A stretch of 64,000 bases of DNA. Origin: Trueperaceae bacterium. GTDB lineage: Bacteria; Deinococcota; Deinococci; Deinococcales; Trueperaceae. The notes beneath the pieces are model-generated. The model was not told where the DNA came from. It made no database searches and was given only the letters and a program-made list of their open reading frames with translations. The DNA lies in the NCBI GenBank assembly GCA_965215565.1, contig CBDCDZ010000004.1, forward strand, positions 2,848,001-2,912,000. Reading direction: 5' to 3'. Both the position numbers and the translations under genes were made by a program. Numbering within the stretch: position 1 is the stretch's first letter; each line of letters starts with the position of its first letter. Shown here in pieces: positions 7,927 to 19,122 of this stretch.

Positions 7927-9813
7927 ATGGCAAAGGCAGTAGGCATAGACTTAGGCACGACCAATAGCGTCATCGCTGTGATGGAAGGTGGCGAGCCCAC
8001 CGTATTGGTCAACAGCGAGGGCAACCGCACGACGCCGTCCGTCGTAGCGTTCAAGGACGAACAGCGCCTCGTCGGGCAGGTGGCGAAGCGCCAAGCGGTC
8101 CTCAACGCGCAGGGCACTCTGTTCGAAGTGAAGCGCTACATGGGACGCACTTGGGATGAAGTCAAAGAGGAAGCGGAGCGCTCCCCCTACGAAGTGGTGC
8201 GCGGCGACGATGGCGGCGTTCGCTTTGTCGTCGGCAGCAAGAAGTACACGCCCGAAGAGGTCTCCGCGATGGTCTTGCAGAAGCTCGTCGAGGACGCCTC
8301 CTCGACGTTAGGCGAGAAGATTACCAAAGCGGTCATCACCGTGCCCGCGTACTTCAACAACTCGCAGCGTGAAGCGACGCAGAACGCGGGCAAAATTGCG
8401 GGCTTAGAGGTGCTGCGCATCGTCAACGAGCCCACCGCAGCAGCGCTCGCGTACGGTTTAGAGAAGAAGGGCAACGAGACGGTCCTAGTCTTCGACTTGG
8501 GCGGTGGCACCTTTGATGTGTCGGTCTTGGAAGTCGGCGACGGCGTCTTCGAAGTGCGCTCGACCTCGGGCGACACGCACTTGGGCGGTTCGGACTTTGA
8601 CTACGCTGTCGTGAATTGGCTCGCCGAAGACTTCAAAAAGGAATACAACGTCGATCTGCGTAAGGACAAGCAAGCGCTCCAGCGTCTCATCGAAGCGGCG
8701 GAGAAAGCGAAGATCGAGCTTTCGGGCATCCCCGAAACGACGATCAGCTTGCCCTTCATCGCGATGGACCCGGCGTCGAACGCGCCCTTGTACTTAGAGA
8801 AGAAGCTCTCACGCAGCAAGTTTGAAGAACTCATCTCACCGCTTTTAGACCGCGTCCGTGGACCCGTCGAAGCGGCGCTCAAAGACGCGAAGCTCTCGAA
8901 GAGTGACATCGACGAGGTGATCTTAGTGGGGGGCTCGAGTCGCGTGCCCGCCGTTAAGAAGATCGTCCAGGACATGCTCGGTAAAGCGCCCAACCAGTCG
9001 GTCAACCCCGACGAAGTTGTGGCACTCGGTGCCGCCGTGCAAGCGGGCGTTTTAACGGGCGACGTAGACGACATCGTCCTCTTGGACGTGACTCCGCTCT
9101 CCTTGGGCGTCGAGACCAAAGGCGGCGTCTTCACAAAGCTCGTCGAGCGCAACACCGCCATCCCGGTGCGCAAATCCGAGACGTTTACGACTGCTGAGAA
9201 CAACCAGACGGGCGTTGAGGTGCACGTCCTCCAGGGTGAACGTTCGATGGCGAACGACAACAAGTCGTTGGGACGCTTTAAGCTTGACGGCATCCCTCCA
9301 ATGATGGCGGGTATGCCCCAAGTTGAAATCTCTTATGATATCGACGCGAACGGCATCTTGAACGTCACCGCGAAGGAGAAGTCCACCGGCAAGGAGGCGT
9401 CCATCACCATCCAGAACACCACGACGCTCGCCGAGGATGAGGTCGAGCGCATGGTCCAAGACGCGCAAGCCAACGCCGAGAAAGACCGCGAAGCCCGTGA
9501 GCACATCGAAGCGAAGAACGCACTCGACTCGCTCCGCGCGCAGGCGCAAAAAGTCGTGGACGAAGCGGAAAGCGCCTCGGACGAGGACAAACAGCCCGTC
9601 AAACGCACGATTGCCGAAGCGCAGAGTGCCATCGAGAGCGACGCGCCTAAAAGCCGCTTAGAAGAGATCGGTCAAGAGTTAGCGGAGAAGCTCGCCGCGT
9701 TTCAGCAGGCGAACGCGCCGCAAGAGCCCCAGGACGGCGAACAAGGCGGACAAGACGCGCCGCCCCAAGATGACGAAGACGTCGTCGATGCCGACTTCAA
9801 ACCCGCAGGATAA
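7927..9813 (+). CDS. dnaK: Chaperone DnaK
   Basis: [27 protein letters not shown]. Confidence 0.98.
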   Translation: MAKAVGIDLGTTNSVIAVMEGGEPTVLVNSEGNRTTPSVVAFKDEQRLVGQVAKRQAVLNAQGTLFEVKRYMGRTWDEVKEEAERSPYEVVRGDDGGVRFVVGSKKYTPEEVSAMVLQKLVEDASSTLGEKITKAVITVPAYFNNSQREATQNAGKIAGLEVLRIVNEPTAAALAYGLEKKGNETVLVFDLGGGTFDVSVLEVGDGVFEVRSTSGDTHLGGSDFDYAVVNWLAEDFKKEYNVDLRKDKQALQRLIEAAEKAKIELSGIPETTISLPFIAMDPASNAPLYLEKKLSRSKFEELISPLLDRVRGPVEAALKDAKLSKSDIDEVILVGGSSRVPAVKKIVQDMLGKAPNQSVNPDEVVALGAAVQAGVLTGDVDDIVLLDVTPLSLGVETKGGVFTKLVERNTAIPVRKSETFTTAENNQTGVEVHVLQGERSMANDNKSLGRFKLDGIPPMMAGMPQVEISYDIDANGILNVTAKEKSTGKEASITIQNTTTLAEDEVERMVQDAQANAEKDREAREHIEAKNALDSLRAQAQKVVDEAESASDEDKQPVKRTIAEAQSAIESDAPKSRLEEIGQELAEKLAAFQQANAPQEPQDGEQGGQDAPPQDDEDVVDADFKPAG

Positions 9814-9816
9814 GCG

Positions 9817-10428
9817 ATGGCTGACCTAACCGACGACAAACTAAAGGCCGCAGAAGAGATTATAGGGGAGGCTGACGAGCCCGTCACCTCCTCACCTACC
9901 GATACTCAGACCGAAGACATGGCTGGTATGGACGGCGTCACCGACGTCGAAGTGCTCCGCAGCGAACTCGCCCAAGCGCACGAGAAGCTCGCTGAGTCGC
10001 AGGCGGAAACCGCCGACTTCAAGAACCGCTTCCTGCGGGCGCGGGCGGATTTGGAAAACTACCGCCGCCGCGCCGCACAAGACGTCGCTCGCGCCCGCGA
10101 GTCGGGTTTGGACAGCGCCGTCATCACCGTTCTCTCAACCTACGACGACCTCGAGCGTGCGCTGCGAGTCGGCAGCGACGACCCGAGCAAGCTCATTCCG
10201 AACTTAGGAGCGGTGCAAGAGAGCTTGAAGCGCAATTTAGAAACGCTGGGCATCGTCCAAGTTGGCGCGCAGGGCGACGAATTCAACCCCGACGTACACG
10301 AAGCCTTGACCGCTATTCCGACGGAAGACAAAGACGCCGCCAACACCATCGCTGAGGTCGTGCAGATAGGCTTCATTAAAGATGAACGGTTGGTGCGCCC
10401 GGCGCGAGTCGTCGTCTATCAAGGCTGA
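9817..10428 (+). CDS. grpE: Nucleotide exchange factor GrpE
   Basis: RARADLENYRRR, FNPDVHEA, RPARVVV. Confidence 0.95.
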   Translation: MADLTDDKLKAAEEIIGEADEPVTSSPTDTQTEDMAGMDGVTDVEVLRSELAQAHEKLAESQAETADFKNRFLRARADLENYRRRAAQDVARARESGLDSAVITVLSTYDDLERALRVGSDDPSKLIPNLGAVQESLKRNLETLGIVQVGAQGDEFNPDVHEALTAIPTEDKDAANTIAEVVQIGFIKDERLVRPARVVVYQG

Positions 10429-10439
10429 GGGGGATGTGA

Positions 10440-11378
10440 ATGGCTGCTTACAAAGACTACTATGACACGCTAGGCATCTCGCGCAGCGCCGATCAGAAGG
10501 ACATTCGCGCGGCGTACCGCAAGCTCGCAGCCAAGTATCACCCCGACCGCAACCCGGACGACCCTTCAGCGGAGGAGCGTTTCAAAGAGGTCAACGAGGC
10601 GTATACCGTCCTCAACGACGAGGAGAAGCGTAAGTTTTACGACCGCTACGGCAGCGCCGAGGGGCGTCCGAACTTTTCGGGCGGCGGCTTCGGCAGCAAC
10701 TTCGGGGGTCCCCCGCCTGGCGGCGCGGCTGAGGGCGACTTCAGCGACTTCTTCCAGAGCCTCTTCGGGGGCGGCTTCGCGGGCGCAGGGGGGCAGACGT
10801 TTTTCACCGGTACGGGCGCAGCAGGTTCAAGAGGTCAAGACCCCTTCAGCAGCCTGCGGCAGGAGCGCGCCCGCGCGCCGCGCCGCGTCGACGCGGACAT
10901 CAGCGTGCCCTTAGAGGAGGCGTATAGAGGCGACAGCAAAGTCATCTCTATTGATGGACGCCGCCTGGAAGTCACGCTGCCCAGAGGTGCGAAAGACGGC
11001 GCGAAGCTGCGGCTGCGCGGGCAAGCGCCCAACGGCGGCGACCTCTACTTGAGCGTCAAACTGGAGGAGCACCCGGTGTTTCGGCTCGAGGGCGACAACG
11101 TCCGCGTCGTGGTGGATGTGCCCGATTACGTCGCCGCGCTGGGTGGTAAGGTGCGCGTCCCTACGCTCGACGGCGACGTGGAGATGAACCTGCCCGCCGG
11201 CACGCAGTCTGGACGCTCATTCCGGCTGCGCGAACGCGGTTACTTGAAAAAGGACGGCACGCGCGGCGATGAACTCGCCGAAATTCGCGCCACCATCCCT
11301 GAAGTCTTAAGTGACGCGCACCTTAAACTCTACGAAGAGCTGCGCGCACTGAACGAAACCGAAGCTAAAGCGGCGTAA
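10440..11378 (+). CDS. dnaJ: DnaJ (class II, no Zn finger)
   Basis: J-domain HPD, G/F-rich linker, DnaJ_C domain. Confidence 0.9.
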   Translation: MAAYKDYYDTLGISRSADQKDIRAAYRKLAAKYHPDRNPDDPSAEERFKEVNEAYTVLNDEEKRKFYDRYGSAEGRPNFSGGGFGSNFGGPPPGGAAEGDFSDFFQSLFGGGFAGAGGQTFFTGTGAAGSRGQDPFSSLRQERARAPRRVDADISVPLEEAYRGDSKVISIDGRRLEVTLPRGAKDGAKLRLRGQAPNGGDLYLSVKLEEHPVFRLEGDNVRVVVDVPDYVAALGGKVRVPTLDGDVEMNLPAGTQSGRSFRLRERGYLKKDGTRGDELAEIRATIPEVLSDAHLKLYEELRALNETEAKAA

Positions 11379-11606
11379 TCCGATAGTCATTTGTTTCCCT
11401 CTCCTTAGTTCCGCACGTTGGCGCGGTGAGTGGAGAGGGAATTTTCGTGTTCGTAGAGCCCAACTTTGTTAAATTTGGCGTCACCTAAAGCGCCCCTTTC
11501 TCATCTCTCAAGTGATAGGGTTGCCCTAGCAGCGTCCGGTTACATCTCTTAAAATCCGTACCAAATAAACCTCGCGCAACCACGCTTTAACCTTGAAGGG
11601 AACGCC

Positions 11607-12794
11607 ATGCCTAACCCAAACCAGCCTAAAAATAAGCGCTTGCCTATCGCGCTTTTCAGCCTCCTCATCCTCGTTACACTCGCCGTTCTCGTCATCGGCT
11701 CCGCGCAAACGGGCGGCGAGACGGGCGGCGCGGCAGAAACCTCAACAGAAACTACAGATGTACCGCTCGTCGGCGGTGACCTCGATCCTGACGCTCCGGT
11801 TATCCAACTCGGCGATCAAGTTATTGATCAAGAAGAATTCGAAGCGCGCTTTAGCATCGCGCTACGCAACATTGCCGCGCAGCAAGGCTTGCCCCTAAAC
11901 GAGCAAGTTTTAGCCCAACTCGGCAACCTTCGCCCGCAGTTTTTGGACCAACTCGCAACCGAGCAGGTCTTGTTGCAAGAGGCGGACGCGCGCGGCGTCC
12001 AAGTTTCGGATGAAGAGGTCGAGCAGCAGATCACGCAAGTACGCCAGGGTCTCAGCGGGGGAGTGCCGCAAGCTGGCACAGGTGGCGCGACGGGCGGCGC
12101 AGCGGGCGAAGAGACGGGCGGCGCGAGCGACGAAGCCTTTCAACAGGCGCTCTCCGAAGCAGGGTTCCAGAGTGAAGACCAACTCCGCGAACTCATCCGC
12201 GACAACTTGCGCATTCAGAGAGTGGTAGACGCGCTGCGCGAAGAGGTCGACGTAGGTGACGAGGCGATCCAGACCTTTTATGAGGAGAACCAAGCGCAGT
12301 TTGAAACGCCCGAAGAGGTGTGCTCGAGCCACATCTTAGTCGAAACTCAGGAGGAAGCGAACGAAGTCCTGACCCAACTCAACGAGGGCGGCGACTTCGC
12401 CCAACTCGCGGAAGAGCGCAGCCAAGACCCCGGCAGCGCGGCGCGCGGGGGCGATCTCGGCTGCGTCTCGAGGGGTTCATTCGTCCCACCTTTCGAAGAA
12501 GCCGCCTTTAATGCCGACGTTGGCGAAACGGTGGGTCCCGTCGAGACGCAGTTCGGCTTCCACGTCATCCGCGTGACGGGCAAAAATGAGGCGGGCGCGG
12601 TGCCGCTAGAAGAGGTGCGCGAGCAGATTCGCGCGCAGCTTGCGAACGAGCAACTCAGCCAGCAGATCAACGAGTTGCGCGAGTCCGCAGGCTTACAGAC
12701 CTTCCCCGAGAACTTGCCGCAGCCCGCGCAGTCGGCTGACCCGGCGGCCCCGGCGGAAAGCGGCAGTGAAACGGGTGGCACGGGCGGACAGTAA
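11607..12794 (+). CDS. Parvulin-type peptidyl-prolyl isomerase (PrsA/SurA-like)
   Basis: SHILV, FAQLAEERSQD, GGDLG, FEEAAF, GFHVI; TGG-rich linkers. Confidence 0.9.
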   Translation: MPNPNQPKNKRLPIALFSLLILVTLAVLVIGSAQTGGETGGAAETSTETTDVPLVGGDLDPDAPVIQLGDQVIDQEEFEARFSIALRNIAAQQGLPLNEQVLAQLGNLRPQFLDQLATEQVLLQEADARGVQVSDEEVEQQITQVRQGLSGGVPQAGTGGATGGAAGEETGGASDEAFQQALSEAGFQSEDQLRELIRDNLRIQRVVDALREEVDVGDEAIQTFYEENQAQFETPEEVCSSHILVETQEEANEVLTQLNEGGDFAQLAEERSQDPGSAARGGDLGCVSRGSFVPPFEEAAFNADVGETVGPVETQFGFHVIRVTGKNEAGAVPLEEVREQIRAQLANEQLSQQINELRESAGLQTFPENLPQPAQSADPAAPAESGSETGGTGGQ

Positions 12795-12834
12795 ACCTGA
12801 ACGTGGCGCACCCACATAACTTCACAGCAACGTC

Positions 12835-12859
12835 GAGCCGAGAGATGACCTCTCGGCTC
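12835..12859. terminator. Hairpin between convergent genes
   Basis: GAGCCGAGAG / CTCTCGGCTC. Confidence 0.6.
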
Positions 12860-12864
12860 TTCGT

Positions 12865-14634
12865 TTAGCTACTTGCGTTGACAGATGAATTCACGTGGCT
12901 GAAACAATGCCCTCGCTCCTCAGCTATGAACGTCAGAGCGGCGGGCGCGGGGAGCGGCTTTGCGAAGAGATAGCCCTGCGCGAAGTCGCACCCGAGGATG
13001 CGTAGCTGCGCCAACTGTGCAGGCGTTTCGACGCCCTCGGCGACCACCCTGAGCCCTAGCGTCTGCGCCATGAGGATGATCGTGCGCACGAGCGCCTCCC
13101 CTTTGGGCTCTGAAAGCTTGTTGATAAACGCGCGGTCGATCTTGAGGACGTCGAGCGGGAAGTCCTGCAGGTAGGATAAGGACGAATAGCCTGTGCCGAA
13201 GTCGTCGATGTGAAGTTGGACGCCTAGCGCGGACAAATCCCGCAAGGTGGTCTGGACTTCCTTGGAGGCGTCCACGATCATCGTTTCGGTCAGCTCGAGC
13301 CTGAGCCGCTCCGCCTCCACCCCGGTCTCGGCTAAGACCTCTTCGACGTACTGGATAAGACCTGGGCGCAAAAAACCCTGGCTCGAGACGTTCACACTGA
13401 GTCCTACTTGGTGTCCTACTTGCGCGCCGCCCTCCTCGCGCCACGCCGCGAGTTGCTGGAGCGCGCGGCGCAGCACCCAGCGGTCTAGCTTCGTGACCAG
13501 ACCCATGTCCTCGGCTATGGCTACGAAAACGGCAGGGGAGACCGCGCCGTAGACCGGGTGCGTCCAGCGGACCAACGCCTCCACGCTCTCCACTTCGCCC
13601 GTCTGCAAGGAGAGGATGGGCTGATAATGCACCTCGAAGTCGCCCTTCTCCACCGCGACGCGCAAATCCGCCTCCAAGCTCATACGGCGCTCCAAGTGCT
13701 CGCGCATGGAGGTGTCGAAGAGGGCGAAGCAGGCGCGCCCCCTCTCCTTGGCGCGGTACATGGCGATGTCCGCGTCGCGCATGACCTCGGCGGCGCTCGC
13801 GTAGTCGGGGTTGCTCGTGACGACGCCGATGCTCGCCGAGAGATGCACGTCGTGACCGTCAAGCTCGTGAGCGCTCGCGAGCACGTTTTGGACGCGCCGC
13901 GCCGCCTCGGCCGCCTCAGCCTCGCCGCTCAAATCTTCTAAGAGCAGGATGAACTCGTCGCCGCCGAGCCGCGCTACCGTATCGGCAGGTCGCAACACGT
14001 TCTGTAGCCGCTTCGAGACCGCGATGAGCAGTTCGTCGCCCACGTTGTGACCGAGCGAGTCGTTGACCGTCTTGAAGCGGTCGAAGTCGAGGTAGAGCAC
14101 GGCGAAGAGCCCCGCCTGAGCGCGCTTGCTACGCTCTAAGACGTGCTCTAACCTATCGAGAAAGAGCGCCCGGTTCGCCAGCCCCGTCAGCGCGTCGTGA
14201 AAGGCGGTGTGCATGAGCTGCGCGTTGACCTCCTCTAGCGCCTGCGTGCGCTCAGAAATGCGCTGCTCGAGCCCTTCATTGAGAGTCTGCAATTCTCGTT
14301 CGGAGCGCCCTAAACGCACCCTGAGGTCACGCAACCGCCCGACGATAGCGCCCGTCATGAAAGAGGCGATGAGACCGGGCCAGCCTCCCTGATGAAAGCT
14401 GATAAGCGGATCGAACGCGCCTGCGTCGACGATGTTGCTCACCGATGAGTTGATGATCATGCCTAGAACGCTACCTAGCAGCCCTGAGCGCAAGCCGCCG
14501 TACCAAGCCGTGAACGTGATCGGCAAGATGACGAGCGCGAAGCCGCCCGGTCCCACCGCTGTCACGAGGTGGTAAACGGCGACACTGTGAATCGCCCAGA
14601 CGAGGAATAGGAAAAAGAGAGGTCGTCGCATCAC
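12865..14634 (-). CDS. Membrane-anchored GGDEF-EAL diguanylate cyclase/phosphodiesterase
   Basis: RLGGDEF, EALVRW, DDFGTGYSS; N-terminal TM segments. Confidence 0.95.
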   Translation of the reverse strand: MMRRPLFFLFLVWAIHSVAVYHLVTAVGPGGFALVILPITFTAWYGGLRSGLLGSVLGMIINSSVSNIVDAGAFDPLISFHQGGWPGLIASFMTGAIVGRLRDLRVRLGRSERELQTLNEGLEQRISERTQALEEVNAQLMHTAFHDALTGLANRALFLDRLEHVLERSKRAQAGLFAVLYLDFDRFKTVNDSLGHNVGDELLIAVSKRLQNVLRPADTVARLGGDEFILLLEDLSGEAEAAEAARRVQNVLASAHELDGHDVHLSASIGVVTSNPDYASAAEVMRDADIAMYRAKERGRACFALFDTSMREHLERRMSLEADLRVAVEKGDFEVHYQPILSLQTGEVESVEALVRWTHPVYGAVSPAVFVAIAEDMGLVTKLDRWVLRRALQQLAAWREEGGAQVGHQVGLSVNVSSQGFLRPGLIQYVEEVLAETGVEAERLRLELTETMIVDASKEVQTTLRDLSALGVQLHIDDFGTGYSSLSYLQDFPLDVLKIDRAFINKLSEPKGEALVRTIILMAQTLGLRVVAEGVETPAQLAQLRILGCDFAQGYLFAKPLPAPAALTFIAEERGHCFSHVNSSVNASS

Positions 14635-14891
14635 CTCCGCACCTTAGAGCACGCGCTCTTACAAAACCCTTACGCTGTCTCGCGTGAGCACCTCTTATAT
14701 AACTGCCACACGTGGGCTCGTTTTAGCAAGATGGGGGAAAGTGGCCCCACTTCATCCCTTTATCCTCCAGTAGTTTACGCGCCGCCTCGTAGCGCGTTAG
14801 GATAGAGGCGTAGCCCGTCACGGGCGTCCGTCCATCACACTCAACACCCTGACACTCGACACCCCGACACTTAACACGAAGAGGTAAACCA

Positions 14892-16292
14892 TTGACACAC
14901 GCTACGATTGGCACATCCGAGCGCCCCGTCCGCGTCGCGATTATCGGCTCCGGTCCGTCCGGCTTCTTCGCGGCAGATTCGCTCCTCAAGCAAAAGGATG
15001 TGCACGTTTCGGTGGACATCATCGACCGCTTGCCCACCCCGTACGGCTTGGTGCGCTACGGCGTCGCGCCGGACCATCAAAAGATCAAGTCGGTCACGAG
15101 GCTTTACGAGAAGACCTGCAACGACCCCCGCGTGCGCTTCATCGGCAACGTGCACTTCGGCACGGACCTCTCACATGAAGAGGTGCGCCGCTTCTACGAC
15201 GCGGTCCTCTACGCCGTCGGCGCGTCGGCAGACCGCTCGCTCAATATCCCCGGCGAAGATTTGGCGGGCAGCCTCTCCGCCACCGAGTTCGTCGCTTGGT
15301 ATAATGGGCACCCGGACTACGCCACCCTAGACCCCGATTTGAGCACCGAAAACGTCGCCGTCATCGGCATGGGCAACGTCGCGGTGGACGTGACGCGCAT
15401 CCTAGCGAAGTCGGTGGACGAGCTGCGCGAGACGGACATCGCGGACCACGCCCTGGACCTCTTAGCCGAGAGCAAGGTTGAGAATGTCTATATGATCGGG
15501 CGGCGCGGTCCCGCTCAAGCGAAGTTCACCACCAAAGAGCTGCGTGAGTTGGGCGAGCTGCATAACGCCGACATCAACGTGCAAGCAGAAGACCTAGACC
15601 TCGACCCCGTGAGCGAAGCCTCGTTAAAAGGCAACCCCGCCTTAGCCAAAAATATCGAGGTCTTGCGCGGCTTCGCGCAGCAAGAGCGCACGGGCAAACC
15701 GCGCTGCGTGCATCTGCGCTTTTTCGAGTCGCCCGTAGAGCTTCTGGGCAACGAAAGGGTGGAAGGGCTCAGGCTTGAGCGCAACCGCCTAGAAGACCAA
15801 AATGGCTACTTGAGCGCCGTCGGCACAGGTGAAGTCGAAACCCTTCCTATCGGCATGATTCTGCGCTCGGTTGGCTATAGAGGCACACCCCTTAAAGACG
15901 TACCGTTCGACGCTCGCAAGGGCGTTATCCCGAACCAAGACGGACGTGTTACGGATAATGACGGCAACGTTGTAAGCGGTGAATACGTCGCGGGTTGGAT
16001 CAAGCGCGGACCCTCGGGCGTCATCGGCACGAACAAGGCCGACGCGATGGAGAGCGTGAAGCTTTTGCTGGAGGATGTACCCGCCCTCGAGCCCGTCGCT
16101 GAGCACGCCGCCAGCCCCCGCGCCGTCGAAGAAATCCTCGCTTCTAAGCAAGTTCCCTTCGTCACCTTTGAAGATTGGTTGGAGATTGATAAGCTCGAGA
16201 CCCAAGCGGGCGCGGAGCAAGGCAGACCGAGGGTGAAGATCACGCAGGTGGCGCGGATGGTTGAGCGGGCGAAAACGGCGATTTTCGACTGA
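14892..16292 (+). CDS. Ferredoxin-NADP+ reductase (FprA/adrenodoxin reductase-like)
   Basis: GSGPSG, GLVRYGVAPDH, GMGNVAVD, GWIKRGPSGVIGTN. Confidence 0.9.
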   Translation: MTHATIGTSERPVRVAIIGSGPSGFFAADSLLKQKDVHVSVDIIDRLPTPYGLVRYGVAPDHQKIKSVTRLYEKTCNDPRVRFIGNVHFGTDLSHEEVRRFYDAVLYAVGASADRSLNIPGEDLAGSLSATEFVAWYNGHPDYATLDPDLSTENVAVIGMGNVAVDVTRILAKSVDELRETDIADHALDLLAESKVENVYMIGRRGPAQAKFTTKELRELGELHNADINVQAEDLDLDPVSEASLKGNPALAKNIEVLRGFAQQERTGKPRCVHLRFFESPVELLGNERVEGLRLERNRLEDQNGYLSAVGTGEVETLPIGMILRSVGYRGTPLKDVPFDARKGVIPNQDGRVTDNDGNVVSGEYVAGWIKRGPSGVIGTNKADAMESVKLLLEDVPALEPVAEHAASPRAVEEILASKQVPFVTFEDWLEIDKLETQAGAEQGRPRVKITQVARMVERAKTAIFD

Positions 16293-16318
16293 CGTGAGAG
16301 CTTTTGGCTGGAGGAACC

Positions 16319-17113
16319 ATGTCGGATGTCTACTTTGACGGCGTAGCAGAAGCTTTTAACGCGGCTATCTATGAAACCTCAAGAGGTTACATACGATTAG
16401 GCGTGCTGTGGGCTGACCTACGCGGAGCCGTGCCCGAAATTCAGACGGACAAGCTGCGCATTTTGGACGTGGGCGGCGGCATGGGGCAAGTCGCCACGCG
16501 GCTCGCCCGACTCGGGCACAGCGTCGTCCTGGCGGACCCTTCTGAAGAAATGTTGGGGAGAGCGCGTAGTGTCGTCTCTCGAGAAGGGTTGAGCAACATT
16601 ACGCTCATCCGCAGCAGCGCTCAGGAGCTAAAGGAGCACACAGCGGACACCTTTGACCTGGTGATGTGCCACGCTGTCTTGGAGTGGGTGGCTTCGCCCG
16701 GCGCAGTCATCGGGGCGCTCCGCCCTTTCGTGAAGCCGTCCGGTGCGCTCTCGCTCATGTTCCATAACCAAAACGCGGCGGTATTTAAGTCGGTCACAAG
16801 AGGTGACTTCGCAACCTACGCCAGCCCCCACGCGGCTCGCGAGGTTGAAGCGTCCGTCCCGACGAAGGATGAAACAGGGCAATTCAAGGGTGCACGCGCT
16901 TTGAGAGTGGAGACGGTCACGCGACTGTTACAGGACCACGGACTCGAGGTCACGCACCGGGCGGGCGTTCGCATCTTTCACGATCACATCTTAGACTTGA
17001 CGGAGGAAAGGTTAGAAGGGTTGCTCGAGTTGGAGAAGAACTATCGCTCGGTTGAGCCGTTCGCCTCGCTAGCGCAACATATTCATCTCGTTTGTCGGCG
17101 CGACGCTTCTTAG
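16319..17113 (+). CDS. SAM-dependent methyltransferase (SmtA/CmoM-like)
   Basis: ILDVGGGMG, CHAVLEW. Confidence 0.8.
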   Translation: MSDVYFDGVAEAFNAAIYETSRGYIRLGVLWADLRGAVPEIQTDKLRILDVGGGMGQVATRLARLGHSVVLADPSEEMLGRARSVVSREGLSNITLIRSSAQELKEHTADTFDLVMCHAVLEWVASPGAVIGALRPFVKPSGALSLMFHNQNAAVFKSVTRGDFATYASPHAAREVEASVPTKDETGQFKGARALRVETVTRLLQDHGLEVTHRAGVRIFHDHILDLTEERLEGLLELEKNYRSVEPFASLAQHIHLVCRRDAS

Positions 17114-17446
17114 CTGAACAGGCTGGGCAAACTCCTTAGTGATTGCAAGCTCGAGACCACCGAGTCAGACCCACCCGCAGGTTAGCGCAAGCTCAACAAC
17201 CATGCTGAAAGTGCAAGGTCAAGAGGTCGGCGCTTTCAAGAGTATAATGGCTTTCATATTTTCTTAATCTGTGGTTAGATAGCAGTCGCGGTTAAAAAGT
17301 AGTGCGAAACAGCGGGGTTACTTCATAAGTGTCAATCAGGTCGCTGGGAGGGAGTCCAAGTTTTTCGTTAGCAGTTTAAGAGCATATCGCCGAGCTATAT
17401 CTCCTCAATCTGTTTCACAAACTTTGTTTCACGGAGGTTTCTAAGT

Positions 17447-19054
17447 ATGATGCGTAAAACTGTGATCGCCCTTCTTCTCATCTTCGGCGTTACCGCGTGT
17501 AGCGACTTGGGTTCAGCCCCGGAGACCGAGTTGGAGACTTTAGGAAAAGGGTGCGACAACCGCAACAACAATACGTACAGGAAGCTGCTCGAATGCGTTA
17601 CTGTAGAGGGCGTCAGAGAGCACCAAAAAGCGTTTCAAGACATCGCCGACGCCAACACGAATGAGTTCTATCCGGGCTCACGCGCCGCTGGCACAGAAGG
17701 CTACGCTAGAAGCGTCGAATACGTCGCGGGGCTCTTAGAGGACGCGGGCTACAATGTCACTTTAGACCCCTTCGAGTTCAACTTCGTCTTCCCCGCCATC
17801 CTTCAGCAACTCACGCCTACCGATGAGGCGTACGACACGGGCGCGTATACGGGCTCCGGCGCAGGCGACGTGACGGGTCCGGTCACGGGCGCGGACTTGG
17901 CGCTTGACGACCCCGCCACCTCTACGAGCGGCTGCGAGATTACCGACTTCGACGGGCTCGATTTGAGTGGTGACAACGACATCGCGCTCGTTCAGCGCGG
18001 CGCATGTACCTTTGCAGCAAAGGCGCAAAACGCCGAGGCGTCGGGCGCAGAAGCCGTAGTGATTTTCAACCAGGGCAACGACCCAACCCGCGAAGGTTTG
18101 ATCGTCGGCACGCTCGGCGCGGATTCGGGCGTCACTATTCCTGTCGTGGGCGCTTCGTTCGCGCAGGGTCAAGCGTTGGCGCAAGCGGGCGCAACCGCGC
18201 GTGTTCGTGTCTTGGAGCCTGAAACCCGCACCGACTACAATGTGATTGCGGAACTGCCTGGCAAGAACGACGACAACGTCGTGATGGCAGGCGCACACTT
18301 AGATAGCGTCAGAGACGGACCCGGCATCCAGGACAACGGCTCGGGCTCGGCGGCGATTTTAGAAGTCGCGCTCAAGATGGAGAAACTCAAACCGGAGAAC
18401 ACGCTGCGCTTCGCCTGGTGGGGTGCGGAAGAACTCGGGCTCATCGGCTCGACCGAATACGTCAACGAGCTGAGCCAAGAGGAATTAGACCGCATCGCGC
18501 TCTACCTCAACTTCGACATGATCGGCTCGCCCAACTATATCTTCCAGGTCTACGACGCCAACCAGTCGAGCTTCGAGGCCCCTGTCCCCGTGCCAGACGG
18601 CTCCGCCGCGATTGAAACTATCTTCGAATCGTTTTACACCTACGCAGGCGAACCCTACGACGACAGCGCGTTCAGTGGGCGCAGCGACTATCAGGCGTTT
18701 ATTAACAATGGGATTCCCTCGAGCGGTCTCTTCACCGGCGCAGAAGTCATCAAGACCGAAGAGCAAGAAGCGATTTGGGGCGGCACGGCGGGCGAGCAGT
18801 TCGATCCGTGCTACCACGAGGCTTGCGACGATTTCGACAACATCAGCCTGAAAGCGCTCGATGTCAACTCGGACGCGGTTGCCTTCGCCATGATGACCTA
18901 CGCCTATTCGACTGAAGACGTGAACGGCATTAAGGGTAAGAAAGTTCCAGGCAAGTTCGACATTCCCGAGCCTGCCGGCCCTCAGGGTACGTTCGTTGAC
19001 GGTGATGCGGGTGGTCTCGATCATGACCACGACCATGACGGAGAAGCGGAGTAA
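17447..19054 (+). CDS. M28 aminopeptidase with PA domain, lipoprotein
   Basis: Lipobox VTAC; GAHLDSV, DNGSG, AEELGL, NFDMIG, CYH. Confidence 0.9.
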   Translation: MMRKTVIALLLIFGVTACSDLGSAPETELETLGKGCDNRNNNTYRKLLECVTVEGVREHQKAFQDIADANTNEFYPGSRAAGTEGYARSVEYVAGLLEDAGYNVTLDPFEFNFVFPAILQQLTPTDEAYDTGAYTGSGAGDVTGPVTGADLALDDPATSTSGCEITDFDGLDLSGDNDIALVQRGACTFAAKAQNAEASGAEAVVIFNQGNDPTREGLIVGTLGADSGVTIPVVGASFAQGQALAQAGATARVRVLEPETRTDYNVIAELPGKNDDNVVMAGAHLDSVRDGPGIQDNGSGSAAILEVALKMEKLKPENTLRFAWWGAEELGLIGSTEYVNELSQEELDRIALYLNFDMIGSPNYIFQVYDANQSSFEAPVPVPDGSAAIETIFESFYTYAGEPYDDSAFSGRSDYQAFINNGIPSSGLFTGAEVIKTEEQEAIWGGTAGEQFDPCYHEACDDFDNISLKALDVNSDAVAFAMMTYAYSTEDVNGIKGKKVPGKFDIPEPAGPQGTFVDGDAGGLDHDHDHDGEAE

Positions 19055-19085
19055 GTTGTAGAAGCGTAGAGTTAGACCCTTTGAG

Positions 19086-19122
19086 AAGCGCCCCACCTTG
19101 CTATATAGGGTAGGGCGCTTTT
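19086..19122. terminator. Terminator hairpin between convergent genes
   Basis: AAGCGCCCCACC / GGTAGGGCGCTT followed by a T run. Confidence 0.6.

Noticed and set aside
8187..9632. Long antisense ORFs over dnaK and other genes
   Set aside because: Expected shadow ORFs from high-GC codon usage.
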